Source of the DNA: Mobula hypostoma
Lineage: Eukaryota
Length of the DNA: 64,000 nucleotides
Assembly: GCF_963921235.1 (NCBI RefSeq)
Contig: NC_086097.1
Location: 252,032,001-252,096,000, forward strand
Direction of reading: 5' to 3'
Numbering within the stretch: the stretch's first letter is position 1; every line of letters starts with the position of its first letter. Positions 55,498 to 64,000 of this stretch are shown here, piece by piece. The notes below the pieces were generated by a model that was not told where the DNA came from, did not search any database, and saw only the letters and a list, made by a program, of their open reading frames with translations. A program made the position numbers and the translations under genes.

Positions 55498-55857
55498 TTG
55501 AACGGCCTCAATAGAGTGAATGTGGAGAGGGTGTTTCCTTTGGTGGGGGCATCTAGGACCAGAGTCACAGTCTCAAAATAGAGGGACCCCATTTAGATCA
55601 GAGATTAGGAGGAAATCCCTTACCCAGAGCGTGGTGAATCTGTGGAATTCATTGCCACAAACGGCTGTGCAGGCCAAGTCGTTGGGTATATTTGAAGTGG
55701 AGGTTGCTAGGTTCTTAAGTAGTAAGGGAGTTGGAGGTTACGGGGAGAAGGCAAGAGAATTGGGTTGAGAGGGTTAATAAATCCGCCGTGATGGAATGGG
55801 AGAGAAGACTCAATGGGCCAGATGGCTTAATTATGCTCCTATGAGTTATTGTCTAAT
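55498..55857 (+). mobile_element. Old CR1 3' end, right part of the satellite's parent element
   Basis: MLNGLNRVNVERVFPLVGASRTR...VVNLWNSLPQ, then the CR1 3' UTR. Confidence 0.9.
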
Positions 55858-56049
55858 AAAAACAGCACAGAGTTGTTAAAGACACATTGTTTAGCTCACT
55901 TGCTAGGTTTCTGATGTAAAGAAAAAGACCAATAAAAGAAATATAGATGCAATGTGTGTGTGTGTGTGTGTGTCTTTGTTCATATGTGCATCTGCAACTG
56001 TGTATGATGTGCTGACGTGTATTATTTGCTGACTGTGTAAGATGTGCTG

Positions 56050-57346
56050 ACGTTGGAGAGGGTACAGAGAAGATTCACTAGAATGATTCCGGGAATGAGA
56101 GGGTTAACATAGAAACACAGAAAATAGGTGCAGGAGTAGGCCATTCGGCCCTTCGAGCCTGCACCGCCATTTATTATGATCATGGCTGATCATCCAACTC
56201 AGAACCCCGCCCCAGCCTTCCCTCCATACCTCCTGACCCCGTAGCCGCAAGGGCCATATCTAACTCCCTCTTAAACACAGCCAATGAACTGGCCTCAACT
56301 GTTTCCTGTGGCAGAGAATTCCACAGATTCACCATTCTCTGTGTGAAGAAGTTTTTCCTAATCTCGGTCCTAAAAGGCTTCCCCTCTATCCTCAAACTGT
56401 GACCCCTCGTTCTGGACCTCCCCAACACCGGGAACAATCTTCCTGTATCTAGCCTGTCCAATCCCTTTAGGATTTTATACGTTTCAATCAGATCCCCCCT
56501 CAATCTTCTAAATTCCAACGAGTACAAGCCCAGTTCATCCAGTCTTTCTTCATATGAAAGTCCTGCCATCCCAGGAATCAATCTGGTGAACCTTCTTTGT
56601 ACTCCCTCTATGGCAAGGATGTCTTTCCTCAGATTAGGGGACCAAAACTGCACACAATACTCCAGGTGTGGTCTCACCAAGGCCTTGTACAACTGCAGTA
56701 GTACCTCCCTGCTCCTGTACTCGAATCCTCTCGCTATAAATGCCAGCATACCATTCGCCTTTTTCACCGCCTGCTGTACCTGCATGCCCACTTTCAATGA
56801 CTGGTGTATAATGACACCCAGGTCTTGTTGCACCTCCCCTTTTCCTAATCGGCCACCATTCAGATAATAATCTGTTTTCCTATTTTCCTATGAGGAACGT
56901 TTGTCCGCTCTTGGACTGTATTCCTTGGAGTTTAGAAGAATGAGGGGAGACCTCATATAAACATTTCGAATGTTAAAAGGCATAGACAGAGTGGATGTGG
57001 CAAAGTTGTTTCCCATGATGGGGGAGTCTAGTACGAGAGGGCATGACTTAAGGATTGAAGGGAGCCCTTTCAGAACAGAAATGCGAAGAAATTTTTTTAT
57101 TCAGAGAGTGGTAAATCTATGGAATTTGTTGCCACGGGCAGGAGTGGAGGCCAAGTCAATGGGTGTAATTAAGGCAGAGATTGATAGGTATCTGAGTAGC
57201 CAGGGCATCAAAAGTTATGGTGAGAAGGCAGGGGAGTGGGACTAAATAGGAGAAAATGATCAGCTCATGATAAAATGGCGGAGCAGACTCGATGGGCCGA
57301 ATGGCCTACTTCTGCTACTTTGTCTTATGGTCTATGGTCTTATGGT
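56050..57346 (+). mobile_element. CR1 3' fragment (56050-56108 and 56889-57346) split by an antisense CR1
   Basis: gggttaaca|...|tatgaggaacgtttg rejoins to GLTYEERL; (TCTTATGG)n tail. Confidence 0.85.
56108..56888 (-). mobile_element. Young CR1 (subfamily A) 3' fragment
   Basis: ORF 56180..56833 nearly identical to the subfamily A C-terminus; catagaaa tail. Confidence 0.92.
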
Positions 57347-58456
57347 ATTGATGTGGATAGAGAATTGGTTGGAAGACAGGAAGCAGAGAGTGGAAATAAA
57401 GGGGACCTTTTCAGAATGGCAGGCAGTGTCTAGTGGGGTACCGCAAGGCTCAGTGCTGGGACCCCAGTTGTTTACAATATATATTAATGACTTATACGAG
57501 GGAATTAAATGCAGCATCTCCAAGTTTGCGGATGACACGAAGCTGGGCGGCAGTGTTAGCTGTGAGGAGGATGCTAAGAGGAGGCAGGGAGACATGGATA
57601 GGTTAGGTGAGTGGGCAAATTCATGGCAGATGCAATTTAATGTGGATGAATGTAAAGTTATCCACTTTGGTGGCAAGAACAGGAAAACAGATTATTATCT
57701 GAATGGTGGCCGATTAGGAAAAGGGGAGGTGCAGTGAGACCTGGGTGTCATTGTACACTAGTCATTGAAAGTGGGCATGCAGGTACAGCAGGCGGTGAAA
57801 AAGGCAAATGGTATGCTGGCATTCATAGCAAGAGGATTTGAGTACAGGAACAGGGAGGTTCTACTACAGTTGTACAAGGCCGTGGTGAGACCACACCTGG
57901 AGTATTGTGTGCAGTTTTGGTCCCCTAATCTGAGGAAAGACATCCTTGCCATAGAGGGAGTACAAAGAAGGTTCACCAGATTGATTCCTGGGATGGCAGG
58001 ACTTTCGTATGATGAAAGACTGAATTGACTAGGCTTATACTCGCTGGAATTTAGAAGATTGAGGGGGGATCTTATTGAAACATATAAAATTCTGAAGAGA
58101 TTGGGCAGGCTAGATGCAGGAAGATTGTTTCTGATGTTGGGGAAGTCCAGAACGAGGGGTCACAGTTTAAAGGTAAAGGTGGAAGCGTTTTGGGACAGAG
58201 ATGAGGAAAAACTTCTTCACACAGAGTGGCGAATCTGTGGAATTCTCTGCCACAGGAAACAGTTGAGGCCAGTTCATTGGCTATATTTAAGAGGGAGTTA
58301 GATATGGCCCTTGTGGCTAAAGGGATCAGGGGGTATGGAGGGAAGGCAAGTTCAGGGTTCTGAGTTGGATGATCAGCCATGATCATACTGAATGGCGGTG
58401 CGGGCTCGAAGGGCCGAATGGCCTACTCCTGCACCTATTTTCTATGTTTCTATGTT
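57344..58456 (+). mobile_element. CR1 (subfamily A-related), 5'-truncated, with stops
   Basis: VPQGSVLGP, FADD, RPHLEYC motifs; tttctatgtttctatg tail. Confidence 0.9.
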
Positions 58457-58812
58457 ATCTGTGTGCACGTGTTTGCGCATCCATGTGTGTGTGTGTGTGT
58501 TGCATCTGTGTGCGTGTATATGGCTGTGTGTCTGTGCATGCCTATGTGTTTGTGTGCGAGTCTGTATGCTTGTGTGCCTGTGGTGTCTGTGTGTGCACAT
58601 GTTTGTCTCTGCCTGTGTGTGTCTGTGTGCATGCCTATGTGTGTGCAAGTCTGTATGCTTGTGTCTTTGTGTGTGTCTGTGTACACGTGTGTGTTTCTTT
58701 GTGTATGTCTGTGTGCACACGTCTTGTGTGTGTGGTGTGACTGAGTGTGTCTGTGTTTGTGTGTGTGTGTGTCTGTGAGAGTAATTGTTAAATGCGTCTC
58801 TGTGTGTGTGAT
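58457..58812. repeat. Degenerate (TG)n low-complexity tract
   Basis: Alternating TG/CA-rich sequence. Confidence 0.9.
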
Positions 58813-59092
58813 GAAGATTGCAGTCTGAGTTATAGACGAAGATGAAGTGTTCAGTCTGAAATGTTATTTGTTTCTTTCTACTACTACCGCCCAATTGGTT
58901 TTCTGTTTTAATTCAGACTTCTAGAAGCTGTGAGTTTTGATTTTGTGAATTGCTAATTTTTTGTTTCATATTGGAGCATACTGACCAGAATGTAGAAGGT
59001 GCTTTCCTTTGAAGAACGTGGAAGTTTCTGACAGATATCCAGAATGTCATTGGACCATGTAAATTTCCTAACTTTTCCATTTATAATTTCAG

Positions 59093-59157
59093 TCATGATG
59101 CAATGGATTCCTATTATGATTACATCTGGGATATCACCATCTTAGAATACTTGACAC
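59093..59157 (+). CDS. INTS8: INTS8 coding exon: (S)HDAMDSYYDYIWDITILEYLT
   Basis: ctaac branch, ttttcc..tttcAG acceptor; phase 2 completes AG+T=Ser from exon 21946-22019; matches INTS8 SHDAMDSYYDYIWDVTILEYLT as I recall it. Confidence 0.94.
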
Positions 59158-59167
59158 GTATCCTTTT
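59158..59167 (+). promoter_or_regulatory. U12-type (minor spliceosome) 5' splice site GTATCCTTTT
   Basis: Exact match to the RTATCCTTT consensus immediately after the exon. Confidence 0.85.
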
Positions 59168-59259
59168 CTCTATCTGTGCCAATGAAATTGTTTTGTGTAT
59201 TTTATCATTTCGTGGAACAGCCTTCACCACCACCTGCTCATGAATGTTACGTTGCTTGT

Positions 59260-59547
59260 CCACCCCAGGACCAGAGGACACAGCCTCTGATTGGAAGGAT
59301 GTCCCTTTAGAACAGATGAGGAGCAATTTCTTCAGCCAGTGGGTGGTGAAACTGTGGAATTAATTGTCATAAATGGCTGTTGAGGCTAAGTCATTGGGTA
59401 TATTTAAAGTGCAGGTTCATAGATAGGTTAGGGTGTCAAAGGTTATGGCAAGAAGGCAGGAGAATGGAGTTGAGAGAGGTAATAAATCAACCAGGATGGA
59501 ATGGTGGAGCGGACTCCATGGGCCAAATGTTTTATGGTCTTATGGTA
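59260..59547 (+). mobile_element. Old CR1 3' fragment
   Basis: agaacagatgaggagcaatttcttcagccag..gtgaaactgtggaat; ttatggtcttatgg tail. Confidence 0.7.
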
Positions 59548-60401
59548 GTAAGACAGTGTGTCTTTATTTAATTTCAGGTCATGTGTACAATAATCGCTCT
59601 GGTTTATGTTCTACGTTAAGACAAAATGTCTACAGAATTTGCATAAAAGTTGATGGTATTTCTTGATCGGTATTTTTAAAATATTACAACAATCAGGAAC
59701 TGAATGCTGTTGTCTGCACTTAAGGACATGAACTATAGGGAAGGGTTGAACAGGTTGGGAATTGAATCGCTGGAGCATAGGAAAATGAGGGGAGATTTGA
59801 TGAGGTGTATTAAGAGCAAAAGGATTGTAAGAGACAAAATTGGTCCTCTTGAAGATCAGAGTGGTCGGCTATGTGCGGAACCAAAGGAAATGGGGGAGAT
59901 CTTAAATAGGTTTTTTGCATCTGTATTTACTAAGGAAACTGGTATGAAGTCTATGGAATTAAAGGAAACAAGTAGTGAGATCATGGAAACTGTACAGATT
60001 GAAAAGGAGGAGGTGCTTGCTGTCTTGAGGAAAATTAAAGTGGATAAATCCCCGGGACCTGACAGAGTGTTCCCTCGGACCTTGAAGGAGACTAGTGTTG
60101 AAATTACAGGGGCCCTGGCAGAAATATTTAAAATGTCGCTGTCTACAGGTGAGGTGCCGGAGGATTGGAGAGTGGCTCATGTTGTTCCGTTATTTAAAAA
60201 AGGATCAAAAAGTAATCCGGGAAATTATAGTCCGGTAAATTTAACGTCGGTAGTAGGTAAGTTATTGGAGGGAGTACTAAGAGACAGAATCTACAAGCAT
60301 TTGGATAGACAGGGACTTATTAGGGAGAGCCAACATGGCTTTGTGCGTGCTAGGTCATGTTTGACCAATCCCTTGGAGTTTTTTGAGGAAGTTACATAGA
60401 A

Positions 60402-62256
60402 ACTGTAAAAGCATTTATAGATATGTAAAAAGGAAAAGACTGATAAAGACAAATGTAGGTCCCCTGCAAACAGAAACAGGTGAATTGATTATGGGGAGCA
60501 AGGACATGGCAGACCAATTGAATAATTACTTTGGTTCTGTCTTCACTAAGGAGGACATAAATAATCTTCCAGAAATAGTAAGGGACAGAGGGTCCAGTGA
60601 GATGGAGGAACTGAGCGAAATACATGTTAGTAGGGAAGTGGTGTTGGGTAAATTGAAGGGATTGAAGGCAGATAAATCCCCAGGGCCAGATGGTCTGCAT
60701 CCCAGAGTGCTTAAGGAAGTGGCCCAAGAAATAGTGGATGCATTAGTGATAATTTTTCAAAACTCGTTAGATTCTGGACTAGTTCCTGAGGATTGGAAGG
60801 TGGCTAATGTAACCCCACTTTTTAAAAAAGGAGGGAGAGAGAAACCGGGGAATTATAGGCCGGTTAGCCTAACGTCGGTGGTGGGGAAACTGCTGGAGTC
60901 AGTTATCAAGGATGTGATAACAGCACATTTGGAAAGCGGTGAAATGATCGGACAAAGTCAGCATGGATTTGTGAAAGGAAAATCATGTCTGACGAATCTC
61001 ATAGAATTTTTTGAGGATGTAACTAGTAGAGTGGATAGGGGAGAACCAGTGGATGTGGTATATTTGGATTTTCAAAAGGCTTTTGACAAGGTCCCACATA
61101 GGAGATTAGTGTGCAAACTTAAAGCACACGGTATTGGGGGTAAGGTATTGGTGTGGGTGGAGAATTGGTTAGCAGACAGGAAGCAAAGAGTGGGAATAAA
61201 CGGGACCTTTTCAGAATGGCAGGCGGTGACTAGTGGGGTACCGCAAGGCTCAGTGCTGGGACCCCAGTTGTTTACAATATATATTAATGACTTGGATGAG
61301 GGAATTAAATGCAGCATCTCCAAGTTTGCGGATGACACGAAGCTGGGTGGCAGTGTTAGCAGTGAGGAGGATGCTAAGAGGATGCAGGGTGACTTGGATA
61401 GGTTGGGTGAGTGGGCAAACTCATGGCAGATGCAATTTAATGTGGATAAATGTGAAGTTATCCACTTTGGTGGCAAAAATAGGAAAACAGATTATTATCT
61501 GAATGGTGGCCGATTAGGAAAAGGGGAGGTGCAACGAGACCTGGGTGTCATTATACACCAGTCATTGAAAGTGGGCATGCAGGTACAGCAGGCGGTGAAA
61601 AAGGCGAACGGTATGCTGGCATTTATAGCGAGAGGATTCGAGTACAGGAGCAGGGAGGTACTACTGCAGTTGTACAAGGCCTTGGTGAGACCACACCTGG
61701 AGTATTGTGTGCAGTTTTGGTCCCCTAATCTGAGGAAAGACATCTTTGCCATAGAGGGAGTACAAAGAAGGTTCACCAGATTGATTCCTGGGATGGCAGG
61801 TCTTTCATATGAAGAAAGACTGGATGAACTGGGCTTGTACTCGTTGGAATTTAGAAGATTGAGGGGGGATCTGATTGAAACGTATAAGATCCTAAAGGGA
61901 TTGGACAGGCTAGATGCAGGAAGATTGTTCCCGATGTTGGGGAGGTCTAGAACGAGGGATCACAGTTTGAGGATAGAGGGGAAGCCTTTTAGGACCGAGG
62001 TTAGGAAAAACTTCTTCACACAGAGAGTGGTGAATCTGTGGAATTCTCTGCCACAGCAAACTGTTGAGGCCAGTTCATTAGCTATGTTTAAAAGGAAGTT
62101 AGATATGGCCCTTGTGGCTACAGGGGTCAGGGGGTATGGAGGGAAGGCTGGGTTCTGAGTTGGATGATCAGCCATGATCATAATAAATGGCGGTGCAGGC
62201 TCGAAGGGCCGAATGGCCTACTCCTGCACCTATTTTCTATGTTTCTATGTTTCTAT
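60402..62256 (+). mobile_element. Young 5'-truncated CR1 (subfamily A) with an intact RT reading frame
   Basis: 591-aa ORF with FADD; (TTTCTATG)3 tail. Confidence 0.95.
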
Positions 62257-63080
62257 GCAATTTAATGTGGATAAATGTGAAGTTATCCACTTTGGTGGCA
62301 AAAATAGGAAAACAGATTATTTTCTGAATGGTGGCCGATTAGGAAAAGGGGAGGTGCAACGAGACCTGGGTGTCATTATACACCAGTCATTGAAAGTGGG
62401 CATGCAGGTACAGCAGGCGGTGAAAAAGGCGAACGGTATGCTGGCATTTATAGCGAGAGGATTCGAGTACAGGAGCAGGGAGGTACTACTGCAGTTGTAC
62501 AAGGCCTTGGTGAGACCACACCTGGAGTATTGTGTGCAGTTTTGGTCCCCTAATCTGAGGAAAGACATCTTTGCCATAGAGGGAGTACAAAGAAGGTTCA
62601 CCAGATTGATTCCTGGGATGGCAGGACTTTCATATGAAGAAAGACTGGATGAACTGGGCTTGTACTCGTTGGAATTTAGAAGATTGAGGGGGGATCTGAT
62701 TGAAACGTATAAGATCCTAAAAGGATTGGACAGGCTAGATGCGGGAAGATTGTTCCCGATGTTGGGGAGGTCTAGAACGAGGGGTCACAGTTTGAGGATA
62801 GAGGGGAAGCCTTTTAGGACCGAGGTTAGGAAAAACTTCTTCACACAGAGAGTGGTGAATCTGTGGAATTCTCTGCCACAGCAAACTGTTGAGGCCAGTT
62901 CATTAGCTATGTTTAAAAGGAAGTTAGATATGGCCCTTGTGGCTACAGGGGTCAGGGGGTATGGAGGGAAGGCTGGGTTCTGAGTTGGATGATCAGCCAT
63001 GATCATAATAAATGGCGGTGCACGCTCGAAGGGCCGAATGGCCTACTCCTGCACCTATTTTCTATGTTTCTATGTTTCTA
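62254..63080 (+). mobile_element. Second, tandem CR1 subfamily A 3' fragment
   Basis: Starts at atgcaatttaatgtgg, overlapping the tail of the previous copy; shares its 6-nt deletion (GKAGF). Confidence 0.93.
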
Positions 63081-63226
63081 AACATAGAAAATAGGTGCAG
63101 GAGTAGGCCATTCGGCCCTTCGAGCCTGCACCACCATTTATTATGATCATGGCTGATCATCCAACTCAGAACCCCGCCCCAGCCTTCCCTCCATACCCCC
63201 TGACCCCCGTAGCCACAAGGGCCATA
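63081..63226 (-). mobile_element. Short antisense CR1 subfamily A 3' end
   Basis: aacatagaaaataggtgcaggagtaggcc...cacaagggccata; another tail unit catagaaac lies at 60395-60403. Confidence 0.9.
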
Positions 63227-64000
63227 CCAGGAAAGTGGATGAAGGGAAGGCAGTGGATATTGTCTAAATGGACTTCAGTAAGGACTTTGACAAGGTCCCG
63301 CATGGGAGGTTAGTTAGGAAAATTCAGTCGCTAGGTATACATGGAGAGGTGGTAAATTGGATTAGACATTGGCTCGATGGAAGAAGCCAGAGAGTGGTGG
63401 TAGAGAATTGCTTCTCCGAGTGGAGGCCTGTGACTAGTGGTGTGCCACAGGGATCAGTGCTGGGTCCATTGTTATTTGTCATCTATATCAATGATCTGGA
63501 TGATAATGTGGTAAATTGGATCAGCAAATTTGCTGATGATACGAAGATTGGAGGTGTAGTAGACAGTGAGGAAGGTTTTCAGAGCCTGCAGTGGGACTTG
63601 GACCAGCTGGAAAAATGGGCTGAAAAATGGCAGATGGAGTTTAATACAGACAAGTGTGAGGTATTGCACGTTGGAAGGATAAACCAAGGTAGAACATACA
63701 GGGTTAATGGTAAGGCACTGAGGAGTGCAGTAGAACAGAGGGATCTGGGAATACAGATACAAAATTCCTTAAAAGTGGCGTCACAGGTAGATAGGGTCGT
63801 AAAGAGAGCTTTTGGTACATTGGCCTTTATTAATCAAAGTATTGAGTATAAGAGCTGGAATGTTATGATGAGGTTGTATAAGGCATTGGTGAGGCCGAAT
63901 CTGGAGTACTGTGTTCAGTTTTGGTCACCAAATTACAGGAAGGATATAAATAAGGTTGAAAGAGTGCAGAGAAGGTTTACAAGGATGTTGCCGAGACTTG

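Larger units (their letters stand above)
59805..64000 (+). mobile_element. CR1 (subfamily B) RT region split by nested insertions (59805-60395 and 63225-64000)
   Basis: FFEEVT at ~60395 continues as (T)RKVDEGKAVDIV at ~63226. Confidence 0.88.

Noticed and set aside
25751..55581. Giant ORFs of 1,859 to 9,912 aa in all three + frames
   Set aside because: The 46-nt unit simply lacks TAA, TAG and TGA on the + strand, which is expected roughly 1 time in 10 for a random 46-mer. G-run changes shuffle frames freely, and the region is an intron derived from a decayed CR1. No evidence for a protein.
58369..58894. Cys/Val-rich and His/Thr-rich ORFs
   Set aside because: Translations of a degenerate (TG)n tract.
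59064..59072. TTTCCTAAC as a U12 branch site
   Set aside because: The donor of this intron (GTAAAA at 22020) is U2-type, and CTAAC fits an ordinary U2 branch point followed by a pyrimidine tract.
1851..62256. An autonomous, active CR1 copy
   Set aside because: Every copy is 5'-truncated or frameshifted; none has a full ORF1 plus intact APE-RT ORF2.

Overview
Vertebrate nuclear DNA, most likely from a cartilaginous fish (inferred from HE1/V-SINE-like SINEs and the CR1/Penelope repertoire). The window appears to lie entirely inside the 3' part of a + strand INTS8 gene (Integrator subunit 8). Four short coding exons (5337-5440, 12400-12450, 21946-22019, 59093-59157) splice in frame, and the last is followed by a U12-type GTATCCTTT donor. 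The introns are packed with nested CR1 LINEs of several subfamilies, Penelope-like fragments carrying degenerate minimal hammerhead ribozyme motifs, a Rex1/Babar-like fragment and tRNA-derived SINEs. The dominant feature is a ~29.7 kb, ~640-copy, nearly homogeneous 46-bp tandem array (25800-55497). Its unit is a piece of CR1 ORF2 amplified in place: the parent CR1 continues colinearly on both sides. The array is G-run rich, CpG-free and sits on the sense strand of a 37 kb intron. The giant 8,000-9,900 aa ORFs are by-products of this repeat. All assignments come from reading the sequence by eye; boundaries of degraded repeats are approximate.
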